This document shows, in pieces, positions 18,581 to 29,012 of a stretch of DNA of 64,000 nucleotides. How positions within the stretch are numbered: the first letter of the stretch is position 1; the number at the start of each line of letters is the position of its first letter. Made by a program: the position numbers and the translations under genes. This DNA is from Acidimicrobiales bacterium (lineage in GTDB: Bacteria > Actinomycetota > Acidimicrobiia > Acidimicrobiales > Bog-793), in assembly GCA_050010115.1 (NCBI GenBank), contig JBEKLQ010000001.1, positions 5,091 to 69,090 of the forward strand, in the 5' to 3' direction. The notes under the pieces were generated by a model. The model made no database searches, had not been told where the DNA came from, and saw nothing but the letters and a program-made list of their open reading frames with translations.

Positions 18581-19108
18581 ATGGGCAGCCTGGACAGCTA
18601 CCTTCCCATCTTCTTCATGATCGTGCTCGGCGCCGCCTTCGCGGGGCTTTCGCTCGTCGCGTCCAAACTCCTCGCCCCCCAGCGGCCGACTGCCGCCAAA
18701 GAGGCGCCGTACGAGTGTGGGATCGTGCCCGAACATGAGCCTGCCAAGCGGTTCCCCGTGCGCTTCTACCTCGTGGCGATGATCTTCATCGTCTTCGATA
18801 TCGAGGTGATCTTCCTGTTCCCATGGGCGGTCGTGGCGGGGCAGCTCGGGCGTTTTGGCCTGGCGGAGATCGTCGTGTTCGCCGCCGCCGTGTTCATCTC
18901 CTTCGTCTACCTGATCTCGAATGGAGCCTTGGACTGGGGCCCGATCAAGCGGGTACAGCCAATAGGGTCCGAGGCTCGGACTGCGGCGTCCACCGTCCGG
19001 CGGGTCCCCCCAGCGGGGCCGCGCGGCCCGGCCGGCGCCCCGGGTGACGACGTCGAGCCGATCGAACCTGCGCCTGCTGCCGGCTCGCCCGGCGGCGAAG
19101 CCGCCTGA
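18581..19108 (+). CDS. nuoA: NADH-quinone oxidoreductase subunit A, with a Pro/Gly/Ala-rich C-terminal tail
   Basis: [49 protein letters not shown]. First gene of the 14-gene cluster. Confidence 0.9.
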   Translation: MGSLDSYLPIFFMIVLGAAFAGLSLVASKLLAPQRPTAAKEAPYECGIVPEHEPAKRFPVRFYLVAMIFIVFDIEVIFLFPWAVVAGQLGRFGLAEIVVFAAAVFISFVYLISNGALDWGPIKRVQPIGSEARTAASTVRRVPPAGPRGPAGAPGDDVEPIEPAPAAGSPGGEAA

Positions 19109-19124
19109 GGCGAGGAGGCGAGAC

Positions 19125-19694
19125 ATGGGACTCGAGAACGTCCCGCACAACTTCCTCACCGGCCGCATCGAGGACCTCGTCCAGTGGGCGAGGAAATCGA
19201 GCGTCTGGCCGGCGACGTTCGGCCTGGCTTGCTGCGCCATCGAGATGATGTCGGCAGGCGCAGCGGACTTCGATCTCGCGCGTTTCGGCATGGAGGTGTT
19301 CCGGGCCTCGCCCCGCCAGGCTGACCTGATGGTCGTTGCCGGCCGCGTCTCGCAGAAGATGGCACCTGTCCTCCGCCAGGTCTACGACCAGATGGTCGAG
19401 CCGAAGTGGGTCATCTCCATGGGGGTGTGCGCGTCGTCGGGTGGCATGTTCAACAACTACGCCATCGTGCAGGGCGTCGACCAGATCGTGCCGGTCGACG
19501 TCTACGCGCCGGGCTGCCCGCCCGGGCCGGAGACGCTCATTCACGCGATCCTCACGCTGCACGAGAAGATCCGTACGGGCGACCTCATGCGCCGGCCGTC
19601 CGAGGGGATCGGCGAAGGCATCCGGGTGAGCGAGCCGGTGCCCGGCTGGGTCCAGCCTGGCGAGTCGCCTGTCCACCTGGGGACCCCGCGTTGA
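19125..19694 (+). CDS. nuoB: NADH-quinone oxidoreductase subunit B
   Basis: The ATG at 19125 follows [34 protein letters not shown] and PGCPPGPE are present. The upstream part of the tracked ORF overlaps nuoA. Confidence 0.92.
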   Translation: MGLENVPHNFLTGRIEDLVQWARKSSVWPATFGLACCAIEMMSAGAADFDLARFGMEVFRASPRQADLMVVAGRVSQKMAPVLRQVYDQMVEPKWVISMGVCASSGGMFNNYAIVQGVDQIVPVDVYAPGCPPGPETLIHAILTLHEKIRTGDLMRRPSEGIGEGIRVSEPVPGWVQPGESPVHLGTPR

Positions 19695-20194
19695 CCGACC
19701 TTTCCGATCTCGCCACGCTGCCCTCAGTAGCGGGTCAGCCGCTGACGACAGCCCGCGGCATCGTCGTCATTCACCCGAGCCGCGACGCCTACCTCGGCGT
19801 CGCCGGCGACCTTCATGACGTCGGGTTCGACCTGTGTTCCGATCTGTGTGCCGTCGACTACTTGCGGCACCCCGGCCGGGATCTGCCGCCGGGTGTCGAA
19901 GGCGAGCGTTTCGAGGTCGTCGTGAACCTCACGTCCCTCGCTCGCCGGCAGCGGGTGCGGATCCGCATCCAGGTGCCCGAGAGCGATCCCAGCCTGCCGA
20001 GCCTCGTCGGCCTGTACCCCGGGACCGAGGCCATGGAGCGGGAGGCCTACGACATGTTCGGCATCGTCTTCCGGGGTCACCCTGATCTCACCCGGATCCT
20101 GATGCCCGACGACTGGGAAGGGCACCCGCTGCGCAAGGACTACTCCGTCGGCCGAGTGCCGGTGCAATTCAAGGAAGCTCCGGGCCCGCGATGA
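19691..20194 (+). CDS. nuoC: NADH-quinone oxidoreductase subunit C
   Basis: The TTG start overlaps the nuoB stop (TTGA). [51 protein letters not shown]. The start choice is tentative. Confidence 0.82.
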   Translation: MTDLSDLATLPSVAGQPLTTARGIVVIHPSRDAYLGVAGDLHDVGFDLCSDLCAVDYLRHPGRDLPPGVEGERFEVVVNLTSLARRQRVRIRIQVPESDPSLPSLVGLYPGTEAMEREAYDMFGIVFRGHPDLTRILMPDDWEGHPLRKDYSVGRVPVQFKEAPGPR

Positions 20195-21468
20195 CTGATC
20201 AAGAGAACGCCCGCCCGACCATCGCCGATCACGACACGGGCATCCTCCGGCTCCCTGAAGACGTCGTGCTGGACCCTGGAGGCCTCGGCGACGATTTCGG
20301 TGAGGACGAGCCCATGATCATCAACATGGGGCCGCAGCACCCGTCGACCCACGGTGTGCTCCGGATCGTCCTGGAGCTCGAAGGCGAGACCGTCCTTCGC
20401 TCCAAGCCCGTCATCGGCTACCTGCACACCGGGATGGAGAAGACCGGCGAGGAGCTCACCTACGTGCAAGGGGCGACGAACGTCACCCGGATGGACTACC
20501 TCGCGCCGCTCCACAACGAGCTCGTGTACTCGCTCGCGGTCGAAGAGCTCCTCGATATCGAGATTCCTCCACGGGCCACATGGATCCGGATGCTCATGTG
20601 CGAGCTGAACCGCATCTCGTCTCATGTCATGTGGACTGCCACGAACGGCATGGACCTCGCATCCACCTCGATGATGATCTACGGGTTCCGCGAGCGGGAG
20701 ATGATCCTGTCGTTCTTCGAGAAGACGACCGGCTTGCGGATGAACCACAACTACATCCGCCCTGGCGGCGTCGCCGCCGACTTGCCGGACGGATGGGAGG
20801 ACGACGTCGCCGCCATCATCGACACGATCCCGGGCCGGCTGGACGAATACGACGACCTCCTGACGGGCCAGCCGATCTTCCGCGAGCGCTGCGAGGGCGT
20901 CGGCATCATCAGCCCTGAGCTGGCGATCGCGCTGGGAGCGACCGGCCCCATCCTGCGGGCGAGCGGTGTCGAGTGGGACCTGCGCCAGTCGATGCCCTAC
21001 CTGTTCTACGACCAGGTCGACTTCGACGTCATCGTGGGCACGGTCGGCGACACCTTCGATCGCTATGCCGTGCGCCTGAACGAGATCCGGGAGTCGTGCC
21101 GCATCGTCGCCCAGATCCTCGAGAAGCTCCCTCGCGGCGACTACCGCTCGCAGGACAAGAAGGTGACCCCGCCGCCGCGCGCTCGCATCGACGAGTCGAT
21201 GGAGGCGTTGATCCACCACTTCAAGATCTTCACCAGGGGTTTCGAGGTGCCGGCGGGCGAGGTGTACACCGCCATCGAGTCACCGCGAGGCGAGCTGGGC
21301 TGCTACCTCGTGTCGGACGGGACGAACAAGCCCTACCGGTTGCACGTGAGGGCGCCGAGTTTCGTGAACCTCCAGTCCCTTCCCGCTCTGCTTCGCGGCG
21401 GGCTCATCGCGGACGCCATCGCAATCATCTCCTCGGTCGACCCGGTGATGGGGGAGGTGGATCGCTGA
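20191..21468 (+). CDS. nuoD: NADH-quinone oxidoreductase subunit D
   Basis: INMGPQHPSTHGVLR, GYLHTGMEK, ESPRGELGCYLVSDG, RAPSFVNLQ. Confidence 0.95.
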   Translation: MTDQENARPTIADHDTGILRLPEDVVLDPGGLGDDFGEDEPMIINMGPQHPSTHGVLRIVLELEGETVLRSKPVIGYLHTGMEKTGEELTYVQGATNVTRMDYLAPLHNELVYSLAVEELLDIEIPPRATWIRMLMCELNRISSHVMWTATNGMDLASTSMMIYGFREREMILSFFEKTTGLRMNHNYIRPGGVAADLPDGWEDDVAAIIDTIPGRLDEYDDLLTGQPIFRERCEGVGIISPELAIALGATGPILRASGVEWDLRQSMPYLFYDQVDFDVIVGTVGDTFDRYAVRLNEIRESCRIVAQILEKLPRGDYRSQDKKVTPPPRARIDESMEALIHHFKIFTRGFEVPAGEVYTAIESPRGELGCYLVSDGTNKPYRLHVRAPSFVNLQSLPALLRGGLIADAIAIISSVDPVMGEVDR

Positions 21469-22178
21469 TGGCGGAGCAGGGTCTCAGCGCGGAGAACCTC
21501 GCAAAAGCCGAATCGATCATCGCTTGCTACCCCGAGCGGCGGTCTGCCCTCATCCCCTTGTGTCACCTTGCACAGGCTCAGCACGGCTACCTCACGAATG
21601 AGTCGATGGAGGACATCGCCGAGCTGGTCGGCTGCTCGCCGGCCGAGGTCCGGGGCACGGCGAGCTTCTACGACATGCTGCACACCGAACCGGTCGGCCG
21701 GTACGTGTTCGCCGTCTGCACCAACATCGCCTGCATGCTGGCGGGCGCCTACGAAGTGCTCTCGCACGCCGAGCAGCATCTCGGCATCCGGGTGGGCCAG
21801 ACGACCCACGACGGCTTGTTCACCCTCGAGGAGGCCGAGTGCCTCGCCGGGTGTGACAAGGCGGTGTGCGTACAGGTGAACCATCGTTTCTTCGGCCCGA
21901 TCGACTCCGAAGCCTTCGACCAGCTCGCCCACGATCTCGCCGATGGTGGGCTCGCCGGCACCGTTCCGCCCCACGGCGTGCTGAGCCGCGTCAACCGGAG
22001 CGTCGGCATGCCGGCAAAGGCGCACGCCGCCAAGGCCGGCGGTGGCGCCGGCGGTGCCGCGAACGGCGGTGCTGCGAATTCTGCCACTGCCCTGGAAGAG
22101 GCAGCCGATGCCGCCGCGACACAGGCTGCCGGCGGCGCCACCGCCGGCCAGGGCTCTGCAATCGGGAGCGGCTCGTGA
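21468..22178 (+). CDS. nuoE: NADH-quinone oxidoreductase subunit E (2Fe-2S), with an Ala/Gly-rich C-terminal tail
   Basis: The ATG overlaps the nuoD stop. YPERRSALIPLCHLAQ, FAVCTNIACMLAG, ECLAGCDKAVCVQVN. Confidence 0.9.
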   Translation: MAEQGLSAENLAKAESIIACYPERRSALIPLCHLAQAQHGYLTNESMEDIAELVGCSPAEVRGTASFYDMLHTEPVGRYVFAVCTNIACMLAGAYEVLSHAEQHLGIRVGQTTHDGLFTLEEAECLAGCDKAVCVQVNHRFFGPIDSEAFDQLAHDLADGGLAGTVPPHGVLSRVNRSVGMPAKAHAAKAGGGAGGAANGGAANSATALEEAADAAATQAAGGATAGQGSAIGSGS

Positions 22179-23497
22179 TCACGGATCACCCCCGCATCGT
22201 CACGGCCCGCATGGGCCACGAGGACTCGTACACGCTCGCCCGCTACCTCGCCACCGGTGGTTACGAGGGCCTTCGCAAGGCGCTCGGGATGACGCCCGAG
22301 CAGGTGCACGACGAGGTCAACGCCGCCAGCCTCCTCGGGCGCGGAGGTGCCGGCTTCCCGGCCGGCCGGAAGTGGTCGATGATGCGGGAAGCACCGACGA
22401 CCTATCTCGTCGTCAACGGTGACGAGAGCGAGCCGGCCACGTTCAAGGACCACCTCCTCATCGAACGGGTCCCCCACCAGATCATCGAGGGAACGATCAT
22501 CGCCGCCTACGCCACCGGCGCGGCGGCGGCGTTCATCTTCTGCCGCGGTGAATTCGCGCTCGGGTTGGAGCGCCTCACGCAGGCGTGCAACGACGCATAC
22601 CAGCACGGGGCGCTCGGTGGGGAGATATTCGGGTCGGGTTACTCGCTGGATCTCGTCATCCACCCGGGTGCGGGCGCCTACATCTGCGGCGAGGAGACGG
22701 CGTTGCTCGAGAGCCTCGAGGGCAAGCGCGGTTTCCCTCGGATCAAGCCCCCGTACTTCCCGGCGGCGATCGGCCTGTACGGGCAGCCGACGGCCGTGAA
22801 CAACGTCGAAACGATAGCGAACCTGCCGTGGATCGTGCTGAACACCGGTGCCGCCTTCTCAGCACTCGGGGAGGGATCGTCGGCCGGCACGCGCCTCTTC
22901 GCCCTGTCCGGCCACGTGGAACGACCCGGCTGGTACGAGGTCGAGATGTCGAAGACGACGTTCCGCGACCTCATCTACGACAAGTCGCTCGGCGCCGGCG
23001 TGCGGGGCGGCCGGGAGCTCAAAGCCTTCATTCCCGGCGGCGTATCGGCTCCGTGGTTCTTTCCGGAGCACCTCGACATGGGCCTCGACCAGGACGCTGT
23101 CGGGAAGGCGGGCTCGATGCTCGGCTCCGGCTCCGTCGTGGTGATGGACGAGACGGCGTGCCCGGTGCGGGCGGCTTGGCGGATCACTCGTTTCTTCCAA
23201 CGGGAGTCCTGTGGCGAGTGCACTCCGTGCCGTGAGGGCAGCGGGTGGGTCGAGAAGATCCTGAGGAGGATCGAGGACGGTTTCGGGCGCGAGGAGGACC
23301 TCGAGTTGTTGCTCGACGCCTGCGACAACATCGCCCCGGGGTTGAGCTGGCCGCCCAAGCAGACCACGATCTGCGTCCTCGGCTCGTCGATCCCGTCGTC
23401 CATCGTGTCCGGGATCACCCGTTTCCGTGACGAGTTCCTCCTGCACGTGAAAGAAGGCGGCTGCCCTTTTTCCGCGGACGAGGTGCGGCATGCCTGA
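22175..23497 (+). CDS. nuoF: NADH-quinone oxidoreductase subunit F
   Basis: The GTG overlaps the nuoE stop (GTGA). LLGRGGAGFPAGRKW, VVNGDESEPATFKD, AYICGEETALLESLEG, ESCGECTPCREG. Confidence 0.93.
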   Translation: MITDHPRIVTARMGHEDSYTLARYLATGGYEGLRKALGMTPEQVHDEVNAASLLGRGGAGFPAGRKWSMMREAPTTYLVVNGDESEPATFKDHLLIERVPHQIIEGTIIAAYATGAAAAFIFCRGEFALGLERLTQACNDAYQHGALGGEIFGSGYSLDLVIHPGAGAYICGEETALLESLEGKRGFPRIKPPYFPAAIGLYGQPTAVNNVETIANLPWIVLNTGAAFSALGEGSSAGTRLFALSGHVERPGWYEVEMSKTTFRDLIYDKSLGAGVRGGRELKAFIPGGVSAPWFFPEHLDMGLDQDAVGKAGSMLGSGSVVVMDETACPVRAAWRITRFFQRESCGECTPCREGSGWVEKILRRIEDGFGREEDLELLLDACDNIAPGLSWPPKQTTICVLGSSIPSSIVSGITRFRDEFLLHVKEGGCPFSADEVRHA

Positions 23498-26348
23498 GAT
23501 CGTCGTCGACGGCCGTGCCGTCGAAGCCTTCGATGGTGAGCTCATCATCGAGGCTGCCGAGCGTGCCGGGGTCTTCATCCCTCGCTTCTGCTACCACCCG
23601 AGGATGAAGCCGGTCGGCATGTGCCGCATGTGCCTTGTCGAGGTGTCCGGGCCACGTGGCGCCACGTTGCAGCCGGCTTGTTATGTGTCGGTCTCCGATG
23701 GCCAGGAGATCTCGACGGAATCCCCGGCGGCCCGCAAGGCCCAGGAGGGAGTTCTCGAGTTTCTCCTCGTCAACCACCCGCTCGATTGCCCGGTCTGCGA
23801 CAAGGGCGGCGAATGCCCGCTGCAGGATCAGGCGGTCTCCCACGGGCCCGGTGAGACTCGCTTCAACGAGGAGAAGCGTCACTGGGCCAAGCCCATCTCC
23901 CTCGGCCCCCTCACCTTGCTCGACCGGGAGCGCTGCATCCAGTGTGCCCGCTGCACCCGGTTTGCCGAGGAGATCGCCGGCGAGCCGCTCATCGACTTCT
24001 TCGGGCGCGGTGACAAGATCGAAGTGGCCGTCTTCCCCGACCGCCCGTTCACGTCGTACTTCAGTGGCAACACGGTGCAGATCTGTCCGGTGGGCGCGCT
24101 CACCTCAGTGCCGTACCGTTTCAAGTCCCGGCCGTGGGACCTCGAGCAGGTGGAGTCGACGTGCACGTACTGCGCCGTCGGCTGCCGTGTAGCCGTGCAG
24201 TCATCTGCCGGCTCGCTGGTGCGCTATCTCGGCATCGACTCCGAGCCCGTGAACCAGAGCTGGCTGTGCGACCGCGGCCGCTATGGCTTCGAGGCGAGCT
24301 CCAGCTCCGACCGGCTGACGAGTCCGCTCGTCCGGCGCGACGGCGAGCTCACCCGCGTCGGCTGGAACGAGGCGCTGCAGGAGGTCGCGAGCGGCATCCG
24401 CAAGGCGTCCGAGGCCGCGGGCTCGGGCTCATCGGTCGGCATCATCGGCGGTGCGCGGTTGGCGAACGAGGATGCATACGCCTGGTCGAAGCTCGCCCGG
24501 ACGGTCATCGGCACGGACAACGTCGACGCCCAGCTGGCCGATGGGCTTCCGGCCGAGCTGGTGCTCGGCTTGCCGCGGGCGACGATCGCCGATACCTGCT
24601 CGGCCAAGGCCGTCGTCGTGCTCGCCGGCGACCTCCGGGAGGAGCTACCTGTACTGCACCTGCGGCTCCGTACCGCCGCGGCCCACTCCGGCGTCCCGAT
24701 CATCGACTGCTCCCCGGTGCCGACGTCGCTGGCGGCGATCGCCTCGTCATCGCTCACCTATCGCCCTGGCGAGAGCGTGGCACTCGCCAGGGCGCTCGCT
24801 TCGTTCCAAGGCGCGGCGGAGATGCCTGGCGCTGCGGCGGAAGTGCCTGGCGCTGCGGCGGAGGTGCGTGGCGCTGCGGCGGAGGTGCCTGGCGCTGCGG
24901 CGGAGGTGCGTGGCGCTGCGGTGGAAGTGCCTGGCATCGCGGCCGAGCGCTGGGCACGTGTCAGCGAGGTGCTGGGAGCCGCGCTGTCGAATGCGCCCGA
25001 CGGGAGCGGGATCGTCGTCGTCCTCGGCCGCCCGTCCCTCACTGAGTCGCCCGATCAGTTGGCGGTTGCGGCGGGGGTATTGGCTGAGGCGTGGCCAGGG
25101 GCTCGTTTCTTGCCGGCGCTGCGGCGGGCGAATGTACTCGGCGCCCTCGACATGGGGCTCGCTCCCGGCGTCCTGCCGGGCCGCGTGTCACTCGCGGACG
25201 GAGCCGAATGGTTTGCCGAGCGGTGGGGATCGCTACCCGAGGACCGTGGGCTCGACACGACAGAGATGCTCGAAGCGGCAGCCAGCGGCGAGCTCACGGC
25301 GCTCGTTCTCGTCGGCGCCGATCCGCTTGCCGACTTCCCTGACCGTGATCTCGCGACACGGGCCCTCGAAGCGATCCCGTTCCTGGTGGCGGTCGACATC
25401 TTCGGCAACGCATCCGTGCAGCTCGCCGATGTCGTGCTCCCTGCGGCCGCGTCCGTGGAGCGAGGCGGCTCGACGACCAATATCGAGGGTCGGGTGACGC
25501 GCCTCGCGCAGAAGGTCGTGCCTCCCGGCGTGGCCCGGGCGGACTGGATGATCGCCGCCGGGATCGCCGAGACGATGGGAGCCGACCTGGGACTGGAGAG
25601 TCTCGAAGGCATCTGGCGCGAGATCGAGCAGGTCGCCCCGTCTCACCATGGCTGCACCCTGTCCGCGCTGCACGGGCACGATGGAGCTGACGGGATCGTG
25701 GTCCCGGTCGCTTCCGCTCCGGTCGGGATCGGCGCCGGCGGGCGCGATGCAGCTCACGGTGGCGTTCGCTCGATCGACCCGATCGCCACCCCGGGCATCG
25801 CATCGGTCTACGAGCAGGGTGCGCCGCTCGACGTCGGCGCAGCCACGGACGCCGGCGGCGGCGCAGCCACTGACGCCCGCGGCGCAGCCACTGACGCCGG
25901 CGGCGCACCCACGGACACCGGGCCTGAGGCTGGTCCCACCGAGCGGCCAGTCTCGAGGCCTGCACTGATGACCGTGAGGCCGGGGCAGTTCACCGCGCCG
26001 GTGTCACCGCAACCGGACGGTTACGCGTTCCGGCTCGTCACGAGGCGGGCGCTGTACGACCACGGCACGCTCGTGCAGGCGGCGCCGTCACTGGCGCCGC
26101 TGGCGCCGACCCAGGCGCTGCGGCTCCGGTCGAAGGAGATCGAGCAGCTCGGCGTCCGCGAAGGTGACGAGGTCCGGGTCCGAAGCGCGGCGGCAGAGTT
26201 GATCGTGCCAGTCGTTGTCGACGACACGCTGCCGGCAGGAGTCACCGTGCTTCCCGTCGGTCTCGTGCCGGTGGACGAGCCGAGCGCTACCGTCCTGATC
26301 GACTCGTCGTCGGTAGTGTCCGAGGTGCGCGTGGAGACGCTGGGCTGA
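23490..26348 (+). CDS. nuoG: NADH-quinone oxidoreductase subunit G, with two internal tandem-repeat inserts
   Basis: CYHPRMKPVGMCRMCLVEV, HPLDCPVCDKGGECPLQD, CIQCARCTRF, CPVGALT. At 952 aa it looks longer than I would expect because of the repeat inserts. Confidence 0.93.
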   Translation: MPEIVVDGRAVEAFDGELIIEAAERAGVFIPRFCYHPRMKPVGMCRMCLVEVSGPRGATLQPACYVSVSDGQEISTESPAARKAQEGVLEFLLVNHPLDCPVCDKGGECPLQDQAVSHGPGETRFNEEKRHWAKPISLGPLTLLDRERCIQCARCTRFAEEIAGEPLIDFFGRGDKIEVAVFPDRPFTSYFSGNTVQICPVGALTSVPYRFKSRPWDLEQVESTCTYCAVGCRVAVQSSAGSLVRYLGIDSEPVNQSWLCDRGRYGFEASSSSDRLTSPLVRRDGELTRVGWNEALQEVASGIRKASEAAGSGSSVGIIGGARLANEDAYAWSKLARTVIGTDNVDAQLADGLPAELVLGLPRATIADTCSAKAVVVLAGDLREELPVLHLRLRTAAAHSGVPIIDCSPVPTSLAAIASSSLTYRPGESVALARALASFQGAAEMPGAAAEVPGAAAEVRGAAAEVPGAAAEVRGAAVEVPGIAAERWARVSEVLGAALSNAPDGSGIVVVLGRPSLTESPDQLAVAAGVLAEAWPGARFLPALRRANVLGALDMGLAPGVLPGRVSLADGAEWFAERWGSLPEDRGLDTTEMLEAAASGELTALVLVGADPLADFPDRDLATRALEAIPFLVAVDIFGNASVQLADVVLPAAASVERGGSTTNIEGRVTRLAQKVVPPGVARADWMIAAGIAETMGADLGLESLEGIWREIEQVAPSHHGCTLSALHGHDGADGIVVPVASAPVGIGAGGRDAAHGGVRSIDPIATPGIASVYEQGAPLDVGAATDAGGGAATDARGAATDAGGAPTDTGPEAGPTERPVSRPALMTVRPGQFTAPVSPQPDGYAFRLVTRRALYDHGTLVQAAPSLAPLAPTQALRLRSKEIEQLGVREGDEVRVRSAAAELIVPVVVDDTLPAGVTVLPVGLVPVDEPSATVLIDSSSVVSEVRVETLG

Positions 26349-27574
26349 TGGGCGACCAACTGTTCATTCACGGCGTCGACTTCGGCGCGCTGGTCATCGC
26401 CCTGGTGAAGGCCGTGGTCACCTTTGCCGTCTTGATGGTCTCCGTGATGCTGATGATCTGGTTCGAGCGCAAGGTCATCTCGGACATGCAGAATCGCATC
26501 GGGCCGAACCGAGCCGGGCCGTTCGGCATCCTGCAGACGCTCGCCGACGGAATCAAGCTGTTCTTCAAGGAAGACCTGATGCCTCTCGAGGCGGATCGGG
26601 TCGTGTTCAAGCTCGCTCCGTACCTCGCCTTGCTGCCGGCATTGCTGGTGTTCGCGATCGTGCCGGTCGGCGGCGTCGTCACGATCGCCCATCACATCGT
26701 CGAGCTGCAGTTGGCCGATCCGCCGATGGGAGTTCTCTTCCTACTCGCGATGTCGTCCGTGGCCGTCTACGGGACAATGCTCGCCGGCTGGTCGTCGGGC
26801 TCGAAGTACCCGTTGCTCGGCTCAGTCCGGGCCAGTGCCCAGATGATCTCCTACGAGGTCGCGATGGGGTTGTCGGTCGTCGCCGTCATCCTCGAGAGCC
26901 ACTCGCTGTCGACCCGGACGATCGTTGCCACCCAGGCGTCGAGCGTCCTGCACTGGAACGTGTTCCGCACTGGCATCGTCCCGTTCGTGGTGTTCGCGAT
27001 CGCCATCACCGCCGAGCTCAACCGCCCACCGTTCGACCTGACCGAGGGCGAGCAGGAGCTGGTCGGCGGGTTCCACACCGAGTACAGCTCGCTCCGGTTC
27101 GCACTGTTCTTCATGGCCGAGTTCATGAACGTCATCACGATGTCGGCGATCATGGTGACGCTGTTCTTCGGGGGGCCCGACGGTCCCGGCTTCCACACTC
27201 TGCCGTGGCTCTGGCCGATCCTTTGGTTCGCCGGCAAGACGCTGGTCTTCCTCTACATCTATGTCTGGGTCCGGGCGGCCCTGCCGCGGATGCGCTACGA
27301 CCAGCTGATGGATCTGGGTTGGAAGTTCCTGATCCCGGGATCGCTCGCCTGGCTGCTCGTCATCGACGGCGTCGGCGTCAGCAGGTGGTGGGCGGCGGGT
27401 GTGTTCGCCGGCTGCCTCCTCGCGTGGGTGATCCTGCACCAGTGCCTCATGGTGAGCCGCCAACGGCGCGACCTCGAGGCTGATGCCGCAGCACGCGGAC
27501 GCGAGGGCCAGGGGGCTGACCAGGGCCAGCTGCGATCGGTGCCGAGCGAGAGCAATCTGGGAGGCGCGGGCTGA
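26348..27574 (+). CDS. nuoH: NADH-quinone oxidoreductase subunit H
   Basis: WFERKVISDMQNRIGPNRAGPFGILQTLADGIKLFFKED, AELNRPPFDLTEGEQELVGGFHTEYS. Confidence 0.94.
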   Translation: MGDQLFIHGVDFGALVIALVKAVVTFAVLMVSVMLMIWFERKVISDMQNRIGPNRAGPFGILQTLADGIKLFFKEDLMPLEADRVVFKLAPYLALLPALLVFAIVPVGGVVTIAHHIVELQLADPPMGVLFLLAMSSVAVYGTMLAGWSSGSKYPLLGSVRASAQMISYEVAMGLSVVAVILESHSLSTRTIVATQASSVLHWNVFRTGIVPFVVFAIAITAELNRPPFDLTEGEQELVGGFHTEYSSLRFALFFMAEFMNVITMSAIMVTLFFGGPDGPGFHTLPWLWPILWFAGKTLVFLYIYVWVRAALPRMRYDQLMDLGWKFLIPGSLAWLLVIDGVGVSRWWAAGVFAGCLLAWVILHQCLMVSRQRRDLEADAAARGREGQGADQGQLRSVPSESNLGGAG

Positions 27575-28254
27575 TGTTGCCGCCACTGTTCAGGGGTTTC
27601 AAAGTCACGATGCGTCAGGTGATGGAGCCGCGCGTCACGACCGAGTACCCCAAGGTCAAGCAGCCAAAACCACCCCGTCTCCACGGCCGTCACGTCCTCA
27701 ACCGGTACGAGGACGGCATGGAGAAGTGCATCGGCTGCGAGCTGTGTGCAGCGGTCTGCCCGGCTGACTGCATCTACGTGCGCGGGGCCGACAACGACCC
27801 TGAGAAGCCGGTGTCGCCAGGGGAGCGGTTTGGCTTCGTCTACGAGATCAACTACCTCCGTTGCATCCACTGCGACCTGTGTGTCGAGGCCTGCCCAACC
27901 CAGGCGATCACCGAGACCAAGATGTTCGAGTTCTCCTTCACCAACCGTGCCGACGCCATCTACACGAAGTCCGAGCTCGTGGTCGGCGACGACGGCAAGC
28001 CCCAGCAGCTCCCGTGGGAGGACTGGCGGGAGGGCGACGACCAGCACACCTCCGCTTGGATGCGGGCAACATCGCCGTCCGGTTCGGCGGACTACGAGGG
28101 CGAAGTGCAGTGGTCGGGTGAGCTCGGCTACGGCGTGCGCTTTCCCGAAGGTGGCCAGAGCGACAAGCGTGACGACGCCGCCACGGGCAACATGTCGGTC
28201 CGGGTCACCGAGCGCGACAAGATCTCCCGCCGCCTCGGCGGTAAGGCGCGCTGA
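27574..28254 (+). CDS. nuoI: NADH-quinone oxidoreductase subunit I (2x 4Fe-4S)
   Basis: CIGCELCAAVCP and CIHCDLCVEACP ferredoxin motifs. Confidence 0.93.
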   Translation: MLPPLFRGFKVTMRQVMEPRVTTEYPKVKQPKPPRLHGRHVLNRYEDGMEKCIGCELCAAVCPADCIYVRGADNDPEKPVSPGERFGFVYEINYLRCIHCDLCVEACPTQAITETKMFEFSFTNRADAIYTKSELVVGDDGKPQQLPWEDWREGDDQHTSAWMRATSPSGSADYEGEVQWSGELGYGVRFPEGGQSDKRDDAATGNMSVRVTERDKISRRLGGKAR

Positions 28255-28259
28255 CGAGC

Positions 28260-29012
28260 GTGCACGGGCTCCTTCTCGCCGCCACCGTCCCGGACGCGAT
28301 CACCTTCGCCGTTGCGGCCGTGATCAGCGTCGTCGGCGCGCTTGGCGTGGTCCTCTCGCGTCACCCGGTCCACTCGGCGCTGATGCTCGTCATGACGATG
28401 TTCGGTGTCGCCGTGCTGTTCGTCGAAGAGAACGCTCAGTTTCTCGCGGCGGCGCAGGTGATCGTGTACGCCGGCGCCATCGTGGTGCTGTTCCTCTTCG
28501 TGATCATGCTGCTCGGGATCGACAGGACAGAATCGATCGCCGCCGAGCCGCTGAAAGGCCAGCGCCCCGTCGCGGTGCTGCTGGGGCTGCTCGTTCTCGC
28601 CGAGGTGATCCTGCTCGCCCGCGGCCGGTGGCCGACCGGGGCTCACTCGACGGCCGGCAACTTGAACCCGCCCGGCACCCCGAACGTCAACGTGCTCGGC
28701 AAGTCGATCTTCACGACGTTCCTGCTCCCCTTCGAAGTGACGTCGGCCCTGTTGGTCATCGCCGTGATCGGTGCTGTAGTCCTAGCCCGCCGCCCGCACC
28801 CGCTCAGCACCGACCCCGGCGTGGCGTCCGGGCTCGACTCGGGCCCAGACGACGCCCCTGACTTCACGGGTCGAGACGTGTTCGCCGATGCCTCGTTGGG
28901 AGATCCAGCCAGCGAAGACGAGCCCCGTCCGCTGGTCGTGGGTGTCCCCGAGGCGGGGGTTTCGCCGCTGAGTGGGAGCACCCACGACCAGCAACAGGAG
29001 GGAGAAGAATGA
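28260..29012 (+). CDS. nuoJ: NADH-quinone oxidoreductase subunit J, with an acidic/Pro-rich C-terminal tail
   Basis: GTG start. [40 protein letters not shown]. Its position in the operon also fits. Confidence 0.88.
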   Translation: MHGLLLAATVPDAITFAVAAVISVVGALGVVLSRHPVHSALMLVMTMFGVAVLFVEENAQFLAAAQVIVYAGAIVVLFLFVIMLLGIDRTESIAAEPLKGQRPVAVLLGLLVLAEVILLARGRWPTGAHSTAGNLNPPGTPNVNVLGKSIFTTFLLPFEVTSALLVIAVIGAVVLARRPHPLSTDPGVASGLDSGPDDAPDFTGRDVFADASLGDPASEDEPRPLVVGVPEAGVSPLSGSTHDQQQEGEE

